DNA of 64,000 nucleotides from Deinococcales bacterium. Lineage in GTDB: Bacteria; Deinococcota; Deinococci; Deinococcales; JAAFIG01. The position numbers were made by a program, and so were the translations under genes. The stretch's first letter is position 1. Each line of letters begins with the position of its first letter. This document shows, one piece after another, positions 50,158 to 63,200 of this stretch. The stretch spans positions 28,347 to 92,346 of the forward strand of contig JANNVX010000075.1 of NCBI GenBank assembly GCA_031414595.1, read 5' to 3'. The notes beneath the pieces were generated by a model. It was not told the origin of the DNA. It worked only from the letters and a program-made list of their open reading frames with translations, and did no database searches.

Positions 50158-52347
50158 TTAATCCGTGCGGTACTTTGAGGTCAGTTCACGTAAACGCCCC
50201 GCTAACTCGGCAAGGCTTTGGGCGGAATCCCTTGTATGACGGGTCGAAATCAGGTTTTCTTCGGTGGCAGTAGATATATTACTCATGGCAGAAGATATTT
50301 GCTCCATGCCAATGCTGTGCTGCCGCACCGAAGCCGAAATTAACTGGGCATTGTAGGCGGCATTTTGAATTGCGCCTTGTAGCTCGTCAATCACACTCGA
50401 GACTCTAGCAATACTGTCCACCCCAGCGTCGGCGACTTTAATGCCTTGTTCGGTGGTCATGACGGCGCTGTTGGTGGCACGTTGAATTTCGCCTAAAATG
50501 GATTTGACTTGGCTGGTTGCACCTTTAGATTGCTCTGCCAGTAACCTGATTTCTTGGGCGACCACCGCAAAACCTTTACCCTGTTCGCCGGCACGGGAGG
50601 CTTCAATCGCCGCATTTAAGGCAAGCAGATTGCTCTGGTCGGCAATGTCATTGACCGTGGCGATAATCTCTCCGATTTGCTGGGTTTGTTCAGATAAGGC
50701 TAAAATATTCTCGGCAATTTGTTGGACTCGAGCGCGAATCTCGGACATGCCTTCAATGGCAGCTTTAGCAGCATCTGCTCCTGCACTAGCGACACGATTA
50801 ACACTTTGGCTTTGTTCGTTGATTGTCTGGGCTAAGTCCACCGCTTGTTCGGAGGTGGTTTTTACTTCGTCCACGGTAGCTGTGGTTTCCGAGACAGCCG
50901 CCATTTGACTGCTGACACTGCTGGTTTGTTGTCCACTCGAGGCAAGAATCTGGCTCGAGGCACTGGCTAAGGCAACCGAACCAGATTGCACCGTTGCCAT
51001 CAAGTCACGCAGATTGCTTCGCATTCCCGTGAAGGCTTTACCCAGCACATCATCTTCGGACTGCATCGCAACCTCTTTGGTTAGGTCACCATCAGAAATA
51101 TGGTTTGCCACGCCTGCCATATCGCGCTGATATTGGCGCATATCGCGAAACGATTGTGCCAACTGCCCAAGTTCGTCTTTGTTGTACTGCCCAACCCTTT
51201 GCTCTAAATTACCACGGGCTAATCCCGAAGCCGCTTTAGCAAGGCGCTGCACCCCATTGGAGATATACCAAGAAGGCAAGTACATCGCAGCAACACTAAG
51301 CAGCACACCAACAATACTTAAAATAATTAAAGCCCGAACTGTACCATCTCGTTCTTGGTTGACTTCGGCTAAAGATTGACTGGCAAGGGTTTGCCAACCC
51401 AATTCTTTTAAGACCCCCCTGGACTTAAACCAACCTTCAATCCCCAACCCTTGTCCTTGTGGTAAACCATAATCCACGCCTTTGCCAAAACCAATGTCTA
51501 TATTGGCTTCAATCTGAAAAGCCGAGTCGGTAATTTCGCGCTTAAACACATCCTCTTTACGCGAAGATTCGATAATCTGATTGTTTTTAACAATCACAAA
51601 ACGCAGGGTTTCGGCTTTGTCTTTGGCGGCTCGAGCTTCGACTTCTTTGAGGAGTTTCTGGATTTCCAACCAATTATAACGGGTACTCCAAATGCCCACA
51701 ACGCTGTCGGTGTCATCAAAAATAAAACCCGAGAAACCGATGGTTAAGGCTAAATCTTGTCCATAAACTTTTTCGACTAATTTATCCACCGCCAAGTCGT
51801 TAATCACCGCCGCTGATGTATCAGGTGAAGCCGTAAATGACTCGCCTTGCAAAGTCTGAAACCATGCTTCTTCGGAGACACTCGAGCCAATCGCGGTTTT
51901 GGCAACCCCTGCTTTACCACTCGCGTCTAAACCAGAAGCCGCGATGACTTTGCCTTCTAAGTCCACCACCATCATCATGCGGTAAATCGGCGCATAGGCT
52001 TTGGTGACGGTGTTCATCCAAACCTGAATATCTTTGGCATTCATCGAACGGGCTTCAGGTGAAGCGGCAAAGACTTGGACTTCATTAAAACGCTCGCCCA
52101 ACGACCTATCTAAACGATCCATGACGCTAAAGGCGGCATCTTTTAAGCGCACCCCAGCATTGCGTTCAATCACTGCCCCAGATTGGTTATAGAACACCCA
52201 AATCATCGTTACCATAAACGGAATTAGCACCAAAGCACTAAACAGTCCAAGTTTGACAAAGATTTTTTGATCGAGCATCCAACCAAAAATAAAGCGCAAG
52301 AAACTGGCAACTCGAGTTACAAATGGATTAGCGGTTTCGGGGTTCAT
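50158..52347 (-). CDS. methyl-accepting chemotaxis protein (Cache-like sensor, HAMP)
   Basis: Two [46 protein letters not shown]. Confidence 0.95.
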   Translation of the reverse strand: MNPETANPFVTRVASFLRFIFGWMLDQKIFVKLGLFSALVLIPFMVTMIWVFYNQSGAVIERNAGVRLKDAAFSVMDRLDRSLGERFNEVQVFAASPEARSMNAKDIQVWMNTVTKAYAPIYRMMMVVDLEGKVIAASGLDASGKAGVAKTAIGSSVSEEAWFQTLQGESFTASPDTSAAVINDLAVDKLVEKVYGQDLALTIGFSGFIFDDTDSVVGIWSTRYNWLEIQKLLKEVEARAAKDKAETLRFVIVKNNQIIESSRKEDVFKREITDSAFQIEANIDIGFGKGVDYGLPQGQGLGIEGWFKSRGVLKELGWQTLASQSLAEVNQERDGTVRALIILSIVGVLLSVAAMYLPSWYISNGVQRLAKAASGLARGNLEQRVGQYNKDELGQLAQSFRDMRQYQRDMAGVANHISDGDLTKEVAMQSEDDVLGKAFTGMRSNLRDLMATVQSGSVALASASSQILASSGQQTSSVSSQMAAVSETTATVDEVKTTSEQAVDLAQTINEQSQSVNRVASAGADAAKAAIEGMSEIRARVQQIAENILALSEQTQQIGEIIATVNDIADQSNLLALNAAIEASRAGEQGKGFAVVAQEIRLLAEQSKGATSQVKSILGEIQRATNSAVMTTEQGIKVADAGVDSIARVSSVIDELQGAIQNAAYNAQLISASVRQHSIGMEQISSAMSNISTATEENLISTRHTRDSAQSLAELAGRLRELTSKYRTD

Positions 52348-52463
52348 AAGTCTAGGGGTAATTATGCACCAAAACACGGTTCTTGTGTAGGAGGTGAAAA
52401 AAGGCGAAAGGCGAAGGGGTTTTACCTTTGCCTTTCGCCCTTTGCCTTCTTTGCCTTTGCCCC

Positions 52464-54125
52464 TCAGAGCTTGTAGTCCTTGAATTGCTCACGCAAAGCT
52501 CGCTTAAGGAATTTACCAACCGTGGTTTTAGGGATTTCCGCCACAACTTCGTAAGCATCGGGCAGCATCCACTTGGCAAAACCATGCTCGAGCAGGTAGG
52601 CATCTAGGGATGGTTTATCAAGGCTCGAGCCTTGACGCAGCACAATCACGCCAAGCGGACGTTCATCCCATTTGGCATGCGGCACAGCAACCACGGCAGC
52701 TTCTTTAATACTTGGGTGTCCCATCAGCGTATTCTCGAGGTCAACACTGGAAATCCATTCACCGCCAGATTTAATCAGGTCTTTGGCGCGGTCTTGAATC
52801 ATCATGTAACCTTCTGGGTTAATTGTGGCAATGTCGCCTGTGTCAAACCAACCGTTTTGTTGGGTGGCGGCTGTTCCAGCTTCGTCTTTGTAATAACTGC
52901 CTGTCACCCAAGGACCACGTACCAATAAGCGCCCAATGGTTTTTCCATCGTTGGGCAAAGCGTTATCGTGTTCATCGGCTATTTTTATTTGCACCAATGC
53001 CGTCGGACGACCCGTCAATGCCATCTGATCGTACTTGGCGGCTTTCTCGAGATGGGCATGTTCGGGTTTTAAGGTGTTCATTGTACCAAGTGGCGTGGTT
53101 TCGGTCATGCCCCAAGCGTGAATCACCCGTAGCCCATGGCGTTCGCCAAAAGCCTCAATCATACCGCGTGGGGCAGCACTACCACCCACGGTTAAAGACC
53201 CAAGGTGTTCAAGTTGATAGGGTGTTTCGGCGTTTTTGGCACGGTCTAATTCCTCGAGTAAACCCATCCAGATGGTTGGAACACCGGCGGTATGGGTAAT
53301 TTTTTCGGTCTCGAGAACTTTGGCTAAGAATTTTGGATCAGTAAATAGACTGGTAAATACCAAATTTGCACCGACTGTCGGACATAAATAGGGGTAGCCC
53401 CAAGCATTGACATGAAACATTGGCACAATTGGCAGCACTGAATCTTTTTCGGTTAAACCCATCAGTTCACCCATTGCCGAAGTTATGCAGTGCAGCACAA
53501 TCGCACGGTGCGAATACAAGACCCCTTTTGGATTTCCTGTTGTGCCACTGGTGTAACACATTCCCGAGGCTTGACGTTCATCTATGGCTGGGTAGTCAAA
53601 CTGCTTGGCTTTACCAGCAATAAACGCCTCATAATCTACGCAACCCGGCGGTAAGGCTGGGACTGCCCCCATAATCACCACCAATTTAATGTTTGGGCAT
53701 TTTGGCAAAATACTCGGTAAGCGCGGCGCTAAAAAATTATCAACAAATAAAATCGTATCTTCGGCATGGTTAATAATGTACGCCACTTGGTCATCGGGCA
53801 GCCGAATGTTAATCATATGGCAAACTGCACCGATGCTCGGCACAGCAAAGTACAACTCGAGGTGGCGAAAACTATTGGTTGCAAAGGTTGCCACGCGGTC
53901 GCCAGACTGCACCCCAGCCTCGGACAGGGCGTGCATCAATTGATGAGCGCGGTCATACATCTGCCCATATGTTTCCTCGAGCCGCCCCGGAATCGGCAAT
54001 TTGGTTTCGGGGTCAATGCCGACTGGCAGATAAGAAATAATTTTTTGGTTGGCAAATAAATCCTTGGCACGTTCAAGCAAAAAAGGAATTGACAGTGGAA
54101 CATCCATCATGGTGGATTGCAACAT
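52464..54125 (-). CDS. long-chain fatty acid-CoA ligase (AMP-binding)
   Basis: [41 protein letters not shown]. Confidence 0.93.
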   Translation of the reverse strand: MLQSTMMDVPLSIPFLLERAKDLFANQKIISYLPVGIDPETKLPIPGRLEETYGQMYDRAHQLMHALSEAGVQSGDRVATFATNSFRHLELYFAVPSIGAVCHMINIRLPDDQVAYIINHAEDTILFVDNFLAPRLPSILPKCPNIKLVVIMGAVPALPPGCVDYEAFIAGKAKQFDYPAIDERQASGMCYTSGTTGNPKGVLYSHRAIVLHCITSAMGELMGLTEKDSVLPIVPMFHVNAWGYPYLCPTVGANLVFTSLFTDPKFLAKVLETEKITHTAGVPTIWMGLLEELDRAKNAETPYQLEHLGSLTVGGSAAPRGMIEAFGERHGLRVIHAWGMTETTPLGTMNTLKPEHAHLEKAAKYDQMALTGRPTALVQIKIADEHDNALPNDGKTIGRLLVRGPWVTGSYYKDEAGTAATQQNGWFDTGDIATINPEGYMMIQDRAKDLIKSGGEWISSVDLENTLMGHPSIKEAAVVAVPHAKWDERPLGVIVLRQGSSLDKPSLDAYLLEHGFAKWMLPDAYEVVAEIPKTTVGKFLKRALREQFKDYKL

Positions 54126-54182
54126 AAATACCTCCTAAAGGGTTTGACAAATTCTAACGCAAAAGGCGGCTTGATGTTGGCT

Positions 54183-54587
54183 TTACTCGGTCACTTCTTC
54201 GGGTTCATAGCCCAAATCAAGCAGTAAATCCATGTATAACGCCACTGCATTCTCGCGGATAGACTCGAGACTGGTATCGGTTTTGGCAGCAATTTTCAGG
54301 CATTCCGCCAGTAACTCTGGGTGAATTTCCCAACGTTCAAAAGTTTCTTCATCCACACTTTCAGAATCGGTGTGTTCAGAAACTTCGGTCAGGGCAATCC
54401 GTGCCGCCTCATGTTCAGCATCTTTTTTACTGCGCCCATAACCTTTGTAATCTGCGCCATTCCACTGCACCGCACTTATGAACCCTTCGTTTGGGCGGTT
54501 TGGGTCGAGCAATTCGGTCTTAAACTCGAGCGGGGAATTCTTGGCTTGTGCCAATTCGTTTAGTTCGGCTTTCGGGGTACGACTCAT
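54183..54587 (-). CDS. stand-alone double-stranded RNA-binding motif protein
   Basis: PK.EL.ELAQ...F...V.......G.GRSKK.AE.EAA..AL; TAGAAT-7-ATG. Confidence 0.8.
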   Translation of the reverse strand: MSRTPKAELNELAQAKNSPLEFKTELLDPNRPNEGFISAVQWNGADYKGYGRSKKDAEHEAARIALTEVSEHTDSESVDEETFERWEIHPELLAECLKIAAKTDTSLESIRENAVALYMDLLLDLGYEPEEVTE

Positions 54588-54638
54588 AAACCTTATTCTA
54601 CGCGAATCTTCAGCCAAAAAACGGGTTAGAATTGCCGA

Positions 54639-55310
54639 ATGGAAGAACACATTGAACGGCAAATCCAGATTTTACTGGTGGACGACCACCCGATTGTCCG
54701 CAAAGGCACAAAAGAAATGCTCGAGCCGCACGCCGATTTTTTGGTGATTGGCGAAGCCGCCGACGGACGAGAAGCCCTTGCTTTTGTCAATGCCACCCGC
54801 CCAGACGTGATTTTAATGGATGTTTCGATGCCCGGCATGAACGGTATTGAAGCCACCAAGCAAATTAAACAGCACCATCCCAGTGTCGCTGTGCTGGTTT
54901 TAACCAGTTTTGACGACGATGCTTATGTCTTTGCCCTGCTCGAGGCGGGTGCGGCTGGTTATATCCTCAAAAATGCTCGAGAAGAAGAATTGATTAACGC
55001 CATTCGAGCCGTCTTTCACGGCGAAAGTGCCTTACACCCTAGCATTGCCAAAAAAGTCCTAAACAGATTCTCGCAACAACCAACAGTTGCCTTTGACGGC
55101 GAAGGACTCTCGCCAAGAGAACTCGAAGTGCTACGCGCCGCCGCCAGTGGCAGCACCAACAAAGAAATCGCTAAAGTCCTCGACATTTCACCACGCACCG
55201 TCCAAGTGCATCTGGCAAATGTCTTTAGTAAACTCGGTGTCGGCTCGAGAACCGAAGCGGTGCTGTTCGGCATTAAACGCGGTTGGATAGACCCAAGTAC
55301 AGTAGGGTAA
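54639..55310 (+). CDS. NarL/LuxR-family response regulator
   Basis: VDDHP, LMDVSMPG.NG, LSPRELEVL, NKEIA..L.IS.RTV..H. Confidence 0.95.
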   Translation: MEEHIERQIQILLVDDHPIVRKGTKEMLEPHADFLVIGEAADGREALAFVNATRPDVILMDVSMPGMNGIEATKQIKQHHPSVAVLVLTSFDDDAYVFALLEAGAAGYILKNAREEELINAIRAVFHGESALHPSIAKKVLNRFSQQPTVAFDGEGLSPRELEVLRAAASGSTNKEIAKVLDISPRTVQVHLANVFSKLGVGSRTEAVLFGIKRGWIDPSTVG

Positions 55311-55417
55311 AAAGTAGAAAGCGACCCAGCCCGTGAGGTGCATCTTTAGGGTCAAGAAGGGTAAAAGTAAAACCCTTTAACCCTTTGACCCTTTAACCCT
55401 AGCCCTTAAGAGGTTTT

Positions 55418-56422
55418 ATGATTGTAGATTTGCGTTCTGATACCGTCACCACCCCAACCCTCGAGATGCGCCAAGCGATGTTTGATGCCCCAGTTGGCGA
55501 TGATGTGTACGGGGAAGACCCAACGGTTAATGCCTTGCAAGATTTTGTGGCGGATATGCTGGGGTTTGAAGCGGCGCTGTTTACCAGCAGTGGGGTGCAA
55601 GCCAACCAGATTGCAATTGCGGCACACACCCAACGTGGGCAGGAAGTGATTTGTAGCGAAGGCGCTCATATTTACGAGTACGAACTGGGGATGATGGCAG
55701 CTTTTGCTGGAGTTGTGCCGCGTTTTGTGAGTGCGCCAAAGGGTGTTCCAGACCCAAGCGATATTCGCCGTGCGATTCGCCGCAGTGTGCATCAAAGCCC
55801 AACTGGTTTAATTGCCCTCGAGAATACCCATAATCGGGCTGGTGGCACGATTTTACCACTCGAGATGATTAAAGAGACGCGCAGAATCGCACTCGAAGAA
55901 AACATTCCACTGCATTTAGATGGGGCGAGGCTCTGGAATGCGCTGGCGGCTTTACAAATCGAGCCTCGAGAAGTCACTCAGCATTTTGATAGCGCTGCTG
56001 TATGTCTGTCCAAGGGTTTAGGTGCGCCAGTCGGCAGCCTTGTGGCGGGTTCAAAAGCCTTTATCAAAGAATGCCACCGTTACCGCAAAATGCTCGGGGG
56101 TGGGATGCGCCAAGCGGGTAGTCTGGCTGCCGCCGGAATGTATGCCCTGACCCATCACCGCAGCTTACTCGAGAAAACCCACAGCCAAGCCAAGCACCTC
56201 GGGCAGAGTCTTGCGGCACGCGGGTTTACCATAGACCTTGACCGAGTGCAAACCAATATGGTCTACATCACCTTTGATAATGCCCCAGCCAGACTCGAGG
56301 CATGGGCAAACCAAGGGGTAAGAGCCGGCATGATGAGTGAAAATTTGGTGCGCCTCGTGACGCATTTTCAGATTAGTGACGAAATGATTGAATATGCACT
56401 ACAAGCCATTGGTTCAGCCTGA
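55418..56422 (+). CDS. ltaE: low-specificity L-threonine aldolase
   Basis: [50 protein letters not shown]. Confidence 0.95.
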   Translation: MIVDLRSDTVTTPTLEMRQAMFDAPVGDDVYGEDPTVNALQDFVADMLGFEAALFTSSGVQANQIAIAAHTQRGQEVICSEGAHIYEYELGMMAAFAGVVPRFVSAPKGVPDPSDIRRAIRRSVHQSPTGLIALENTHNRAGGTILPLEMIKETRRIALEENIPLHLDGARLWNALAALQIEPREVTQHFDSAAVCLSKGLGAPVGSLVAGSKAFIKECHRYRKMLGGGMRQAGSLAAAGMYALTHHRSLLEKTHSQAKHLGQSLAARGFTIDLDRVQTNMVYITFDNAPARLEAWANQGVRAGMMSENLVRLVTHFQISDEMIEYALQAIGSA

Positions 56423-56576
56423 GCCAGAATCAAGAAAGCAAATATGTGGGCAATCGTGGCTATTATTGTTTGCCGATTTTGTGGGGCTTGCCAGAAGCCC
56501 AATAGTTATGTATACTCCTCGCCGCCAGAGATGGTTTACCCAATTTGAGGTATAAAATTTCCCAGTTACATCGGTT

Positions 56577-56653
56577 CGGGGACTAGCGCAGTCTGGTAGC
56601 GCATTTGGTTTGGGACCAAAGGGTCGGGGGTTCAAATCCCTCGTCCCCGACCA
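56577..56653 (+). tRNA. tRNA-Pro(TGG)
   Basis: CGGGGAC acceptor, TTTGG-TT-TGG-GA-CCAAA anticodon arm, GGTTCAAATCC, CCA. Confidence 0.97.
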
Positions 56654-56729
56654 CAAAGAAGAAACCTGTCAAAAGCAGGTTTTTTTCTTTTTAGAGTTTT
56701 GACCCCATCTAAAGGCGTTAAAGTACCTC

Positions 56730-57869
56730 GTGGCTCTGAATACTTCTTTAACCCCGTTGGTGGCTGTTGCAACCTACACTGTGATGATTAGCATTGGTGC
56801 AATGAACGCCAGTTACGGCGCGGTACTGCCTTTTTTAGAACAGCAATTTGTGGTGGGTAGTGCCGAAATTGGGTTTTTAAGCACCGCCCAAACCATCGGT
56901 GGGGTACTGGGGAATTTTAGTACCGCTTGGCTCGAGAAACGTTTTAGCGCAGGGCAACAGATGCTTTTAGGAGGCGCAAGTTTTGCTCTTGGAGCGCTTG
57001 GTTTTGCGGCTTCCTTACATTTTTCCTTGGGTTTTATGGTGGCGCTGCTCGGGCTTTTTATCATGGGACTAGGCTTGGGATTATTTCAAGTCAATTATGC
57101 CAATATCTTCTCGAGGGGTTTTGGTGAACGCTCTGGGGCAGTGATGTCGGTCATGAGTACCGCCTTTGCGGTAGGAAGCATCGCGGGTCCTTTATTGGCA
57201 GTGCAATTGGCGGCAGCCTATGCGTGGTTGCCAATGGTTTTTGGGGTGCTGACGCTTGGTTTTTCGGTGTTGTTGCGTCCAGCCAAAAATGCCGACCAGC
57301 CGCCCGATTTGGTGGCTCGAGGTGGTCTAAGCCCCGAAACATGGTTATTTGCTGCTATGATTGCTTTATATGTGGTGGCTGAACAAGGCGCAGGATTTTG
57401 GGGCGTGACCCATTTGGTTTCAATCGGTTGGGATGCCAAAGCTGCCGCCGTGGTTTTCTCGAGTTTTTGGCTGGTCTTGCTGGTTGGGCGTTTGCTTGGC
57501 GCGGCTTTAGCAGTGCGCTTCTCGAGTGAACTGATTTTGGTACTGGGTTTACTCGGTTCAACCCTGGCTTTTTTAGCCGCCAATTTTGCACCTCTTGCAG
57601 CCCCAGCTTATTTGCTGGCAGGTTTATTTTTTGCCCCAGTCTTCCCAATTGGTTTAACCTGGTTAGCCAAACGCAACCCCTCGAGTATGGCAACCACTTT
57701 GTACTTGGTGGCGGGCAGTATCGGGGCGGCGATTGGTACGCCCTTGGTGGGCGGCTTAAAAACCGTCTTTGGTGATGCTGCCATTCCAGCCACCCTGACG
57801 GTGGCTTGTGCTTTGTCGTTGGTTTTAGCGCTGATGTTGCGTGCAAAGCAAACGGTGTTGCGTGCGTAG
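56730..57869 (+). CDS. MFS transporter
   Basis: ~12 hydrophobic segments, LYV.AE, GRLLG, P.FP motifs. Confidence 0.88.
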   Translation: MALNTSLTPLVAVATYTVMISIGAMNASYGAVLPFLEQQFVVGSAEIGFLSTAQTIGGVLGNFSTAWLEKRFSAGQQMLLGGASFALGALGFAASLHFSLGFMVALLGLFIMGLGLGLFQVNYANIFSRGFGERSGAVMSVMSTAFAVGSIAGPLLAVQLAAAYAWLPMVFGVLTLGFSVLLRPAKNADQPPDLVARGGLSPETWLFAAMIALYVVAEQGAGFWGVTHLVSIGWDAKAAAVVFSSFWLVLLVGRLLGAALAVRFSSELILVLGLLGSTLAFLAANFAPLAAPAYLLAGLFFAPVFPIGLTWLAKRNPSSMATTLYLVAGSIGAAIGTPLVGGLKTVFGDAAIPATLTVACALSLVLALMLRAKQTVLRA

Positions 57870-57904
57870 CAAACACCCACTCCTTAAAACCGTAGAATCA
57901 AAGC

Positions 57905-58645
57905 ATGAAACGTTTTATTGAAACCGCAGAACTCCCAGAACAGGCGCTGCTGCTTGACACTCGAGCCAAAAAAGATTATTTGGCTGGGCATATGCCAAAT
58001 GCCCGTCATGGCGAATTCCTAGAAAAATTTATCATTCGTAACCCTGAACAACTCGAATTTTTTAACCTGAGTTTAGAAACATGGATTCAAGGCTTAGGCT
58101 TAAGTGGCACAGAACAACTTGTGGTCTATGATGCTGGGCGCGACACCAGAGCCGCACGAGCAGCTTGGGCGCTCGAGTACGCGGGTTTTGGTGTGCAAAT
58201 GCTGCGCCAAGGGGTTCAAGGCAGGCTCGAGACGACGCTGCCAGACCTTATAATACCCAGTCAGTTCAAACTAAAACCAAATAAAGCCCTGCTCGCCACC
58301 GCCGAAGATATTCTTGAAAGTAAGGCACTGATTATAGATGCTCGGGACTCACTCGAGTTTGCTGGACAAAAAATCCCACCGGGTGCAACCCGAGGCGGAC
58401 ATATTCCCAATTCCATAAACTTAGATTGGCAAGAATTGGTGAATGAACACGGGATAAAATCTGTTGCCGAAATAGACGCGGTTCTAGGAGGCATTCCCAA
58501 AGAGCGCCAAATCATCGTGCATTGTCAATCTGGCGCTCGCTCGAGTGTGCTGTTTCAGGCGCTGCGTGAACGTGGTTATCAGGTGGCAAATTACCTTGGC
58601 AGTATGAACGAATGGTTGAATGACCCGAACTTACCCGTGGAGTAA
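57905..58645 (+). CDS. rhodanese-family sulfurtransferase
   Basis: LDTR....Y.AGH.P.A, IDAR...EF, GGHIP, HCQSGARS, Y.GS..EW. Confidence 0.9.
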   Translation: MKRFIETAELPEQALLLDTRAKKDYLAGHMPNARHGEFLEKFIIRNPEQLEFFNLSLETWIQGLGLSGTEQLVVYDAGRDTRAARAAWALEYAGFGVQMLRQGVQGRLETTLPDLIIPSQFKLKPNKALLATAEDILESKALIIDARDSLEFAGQKIPPGATRGGHIPNSINLDWQELVNEHGIKSVAEIDAVLGGIPKERQIIVHCQSGARSSVLFQALRERGYQVANYLGSMNEWLNDPNLPVE

Positions 58646-58751
58646 TTTACCTGAAATTCAATCCAGTGCAAAAATCACATGGCGTATAAGAATTCCAAAA
58701 ATAACCTGTCCTGAAAATTCAAACAGCTGTCCTTGGGGGATACCACTATTT

Positions 58752-58763
58752 GTAAGCGCTTAC
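58752..58763. promoter_or_regulatory. LacI-family operator-like palindrome upstream of trehalase
   Basis: Perfect palindrome GTAAGCGCTTAC with central CG. Confidence 0.65.
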
Positions 58764-58789
58764 GGTTGTCAAGGTGTACTATTAAAGTT

Positions 58790-59980
58790 ATGGAAAAACA
58801 ACATGGCTCACCAGACAACCACTACCAAGCAACGCTCGAGTACATCCAATCATTTTGGACCAAAATCATTCGCAACACCCCCGACGACAAAGGCACACTG
58901 ATTGGACTGCCTAAACCTTATTTTGTACCTAGCGAAGACCCAATTTTTATTGAAATGTTCTACTGGGACAGCTATTTTATTGCGCTTGGTTTGGTAGGCA
59001 CAGAGCATCAGCATCACATCTTAGAGATGTGCGAAAACTTTGTTCATATCTACAAACGTTTTGGCATTATTCCCAACGGCAGTCGCTTTTATTTTTTAAG
59101 TCGCAGTCAACCACCATTTTTACTCGAGATGGTCAAACTGGCATGGACATTTAAGCAACACCACCCTGATGCTATCCCTTGGCTCGAGAACATTTTAGAA
59201 GTTGCCGAAGACGAACATCAAAATGTTTGGTTAGCCAGTCGGCATCCACATCACCGCAATGTCTACCAAGGGTTATCCAGATACTTTGACATCAATTATT
59301 TGGATGCCTTAGCCAGTTGTGAAAGCGGTTGGGACCACAGCACACGCTGTTCGGACAAGTGGCTCGAGCATCTGCCCGTGGACTTAAATTCAATTCTCTA
59401 TGCCCGTGAACAAGACATGGCGATGTTTTTTGAGTTACTTGGAAATACTGAACGCGCCACCTATTGGACAAATCAAGCCAAAACTCGAGCTGGAACAGTC
59501 AATAAACTGATGTGGGACGAAAGCCAAGGCTTTTTCTTTGATTACAATTATAAACTTGAATCCATCAATCCGCACCCAAGTCTGGCAGGGTTTTACCCAC
59601 TTTGGGCTGGACTTGCCACACCAGAACAAGCCGCTCGAGTGGTCAAGGATTGGCTACCACGTTTTGAACGCATTGGCGGCTTGCTGACCACGCTCGAGAC
59701 CAAAGAAGGGCATCAGTGGGCAGCCCCGAATGGTTGGTCGCCTTTGCAATGGCTGGTGGTGGCTGGACTTGAGCGTTATGGTTTTAGACTCGAGGCACAA
59801 CGAATTATGCGGGCATGGTGCGACAACAACGCCAGTGTGTTTAACAAAACGGGCGCACTTTGGGAAAAATACAATGTTGAAAACATCGGCGCGGAATCCG
59901 AAGGCGGGCTGTATGGTGCGCTCAAAGGCTTTGGCTGGACAAATGGGGTTTTCTGGGATTTTGCCAAACGGCTCGAGTAA
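58790..59980 (+). CDS. alpha,alpha-trehalase (GH37)
   Basis: E.FYWDSYF, IPNG.R.Y.LSRSQPP, ESGWD.S.R, PVDLNS, QW..PNGW.PLQ, EKYNV, GFGWTNG. Confidence 0.93.
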   Translation: MEKQHGSPDNHYQATLEYIQSFWTKIIRNTPDDKGTLIGLPKPYFVPSEDPIFIEMFYWDSYFIALGLVGTEHQHHILEMCENFVHIYKRFGIIPNGSRFYFLSRSQPPFLLEMVKLAWTFKQHHPDAIPWLENILEVAEDEHQNVWLASRHPHHRNVYQGLSRYFDINYLDALASCESGWDHSTRCSDKWLEHLPVDLNSILYAREQDMAMFFELLGNTERATYWTNQAKTRAGTVNKLMWDESQGFFFDYNYKLESINPHPSLAGFYPLWAGLATPEQAARVVKDWLPRFERIGGLLTTLETKEGHQWAAPNGWSPLQWLVVAGLERYGFRLEAQRIMRAWCDNNASVFNKTGALWEKYNVENIGAESEGGLYGALKGFGWTNGVFWDFAKRLE

Positions 59981-60031
59981 AACACGCCTATAAAATGTTT
60001 AAGGACTAGAGCCTCCGAAAAGTCTAGATTC

Positions 60032-60160
60032 ATGGGCAGACCCTTGTATCACCAACCAGAAAAGCAGGGCGAACATGGGGGTTCGCCCCTTTTTGTAGGG
60101 ACAGGCGACCATGCCCGAAGGTGCGCGTTTATGGTCAAGACACCCCTGTGTCTGTCCTGT
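60032..60160. repeat. degenerate GTAG-type REP-like palindromes
   Basis: GGGCGAAC-atgggg-GTTCGCCC and GTAGGGACAG...CTGTCC inverted repeats. Confidence 0.5.
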
Positions 60161-60281
60161 GATGATGATGATATGGCATTCTTTCGGAGGCTCTATTTAA
60201 GGACTGTTTTTTTGAGAATACGTTAGAATCTTGTATCATTGGTTGTTTAACAAGACAAAGAGTATTCTTTTGAGGTCGTTC

Positions 60282-63200
60282 ATGAGTCAATTATTTTTCG
60301 AGAAACCCATTCTAAATTCCCCTTATACCTACCCTCATCAGCATTGGGAACTTGATACCACAGGACAACCAACGCAAAATGTACTCGATTACCGTAGGCG
60401 TGCCGAATTTATTACACCTATTCCTAAGCCAAAAAAACAAAAAGGTCATCAGCAAGAAGAATTGGTTTTCTCTAAAGTTGGGCAGGGTATCTCGAGCAAC
60501 GGTCAGCAGTACGACCATACTCAGGTGATTAACGCTGTTCGTGAACAAGTGGATGCGTGGCGTTTGCTGCCCAATCCAAGCGATTGGCGTGTGACTCCTG
60601 AAACAGCTAGGTTATTAACGCATTGGCGACATCATCAGTTTTTAGGTGTGCGACCATTTTTTTGTCAGCTCGAGGCGGTCGAAACAGCCATTTGGCTGAC
60701 CGAAGTTGCACCTAAAGTCAAGGCAGGGGCAGGGTTTCTCGAGCATTTACGAATTACGAACTTGGATGCTAACCCTGATTTGTTACGGCTTGCCTTAAAA
60801 CTTGCAACAGGTGCAGGTAAAACTACCGTGATGGCAATGCTGATTGCATGGCAAACCATAAATGCGGTGCGCCATAAAAATTCTAAAATGTTCAGTCGCG
60901 GGTTTTTGGTGGTTGCACCGGGCTTAACCATTAAAGACCGTTTACGGGTACTGCAACCCAACGACCCAGAAAGTTATTTTAAGAATCGTGAACTTGTGCC
61001 GACTGACATGATGTTAGACCTTGAAAAAGCCAAAATTGTGATTACCAACTACCATGCTTTTAAGTTACGTGAACGCATGGAACTGAGTAAAGGTGGGCGT
61101 TTACTATTACAAGGACGCGGTAACGCAGCCCTCGAGACCCTAGAAAGCCAAGGGCAAATGTTGCAACGGGTGATGCCTGAACTGATGGGCATGAAACACA
61201 TTTTGGTCATTAACGACGAAGCCCATCATTGTTACCGTGAAAAACCAAGCAGCCAAGAAGACCTTAGCAGCGAAGAAAAAGACGAAGCCAAAGAAAATAA
61301 CGAAGCGGCTCGGCTTTGGATTTCTGGTTTAGAAGCTGTGCAAAGAAAACTGGGTATCTCGAGGGTCATGGATTTATCTGCCACACCATTTTTCTTACGT
61401 GGTTCTGGGTACGCCGAAGGGACATTATTTCCGTGGGTGATGTCCGATTTTTCTTTAATGGATGCGATTGAATGTGGCATTGTCAAATTACCTCGAGTAC
61501 CGGTAGCCGATAACATCAATAATCCTGGGGCAGAAATGCCAATGTACCGCGACCTCTGGACGCATATTCGCGGCAAAATGCCTAAAAAAGGACGTGGTAA
61601 AGCCGAGAAACTAGACCCGCTTGATTTGCCGCAGCCTTTGCAAACTGCCCTTGAAGCACTATATGGGCATTACAAAAAAACTTTTGAACTCTGGCAGCAA
61701 CACGATATTCTTGTGCCACCATGTTTTATTATTGTTTGCAACAACACCAGTACCTCTAAACTGGTTTACGATTATGTTTCTGGGTTTTACCGGCAAAACG
61801 AAGATGGTACAAGTATTCTCGAGAATGGGCGTTTAGCACTTTTTCGTAATTACGATGAGTACGGCAACCCCTTGGGCAGACCGAATACCCTTTTAATAGA
61901 CAGCCAACAACTCGAGAGCGGCGAAGCGTTGGACGATAAATTTCGCAACCTCGCCAAAGAAGAAATTGAGTTGTTCAAACGCCATAAAATCGAACGCTCA
62001 GGCAATCCGCACTTAGCCGAAACACTCACTGACCAAGAATTACTACGCGAAGTCATGAACACGGTTGGTAAACCAAATACGCTTGGTGAATCTATTCGTT
62101 GTGTCGTCTCGGTGTCCATGCTGACCGAAGGTTGGGATGCCAATACCGTCACCCATGTACTCGGTGTTCGGGCTTTTGGCACACAGTTACTCTGCGAACA
62201 AGTGATTGGAAGAGCGCTTAGACGGCAAAGTTACGACCTGAACGAAGATGGTTTATTCAACACCGAATACGCCGATGTCCTCGGGATTCCCTTTGATTTT
62301 ACCGCCAAACCCGTGATTAGCACCCCGCAACCACCTCGGCAAACCACCCATGTGAAAGCCATGCGTCCAGAGCGTGATGCCCTCGAGATTCGTTTCCCAA
62401 AAGTTCAGGGCTACCACACCAAATTACCCGAGGAACGCCTGACAGCCTTGTTTACCGAAGATTCAACCCTTGAACTAACCCCAGATTTGGTCGGTCCAAC
62501 CCAAACCCAAAATGCTGGAATTATTGGGCAAGCCGTTAATCTGACGGTTGAACACCTTGGCGATATGCGCGATTCCTCGGTGTTATTCCGATTAACCAAG
62601 GATTTACTCGAGGGGCATTTTCGGGACGAAGATGGTTTTGTGCAACTGCATTTATTTGGGCAACTGAAACGCATTTGTAAAACGTGGCTCGAGCAACACC
62701 TGATTTGCAAAGGCGATACCCGCCCCGCCCAATTGCAGCACAAGCAGCTTTCTAACTTAGCGTGCCAAAGAATTTTAAGCGCCATTACCAGAGCTAACCT
62801 CGAGACCGAACCGAAATCCATTCAGGTTGTGCTGGATTCGTACAACCCGATTGGCTCGAGTATCCATGTCAATTTTAATACCACCAAGTCTAGTCGTTGG
62901 ACCACCGATTCACGAAAGTCGCACTTAAATTATGTGATTCTGGACAGCGATTGGGAAGCCGAACTGTGCCGCGTGGTCGAACAGCACCCGAATGTACGCG
63001 CCTATGTTAAAAATCAGAATTTGGGCTTAGAAGTACCGTACCAGTACGGCTCGAACAGCCGAAAATACTTACCGGATTTTATTGTGCAACTCGAGGACGG
63101 ACATGGCGAACACGACTGGCTAAACTTGATTGTCGAAATAAAAGGTTTTAGAGGCGAAGATGCCAAAAACAAAAAGGAATTCATCGAAACCTACTGGATA

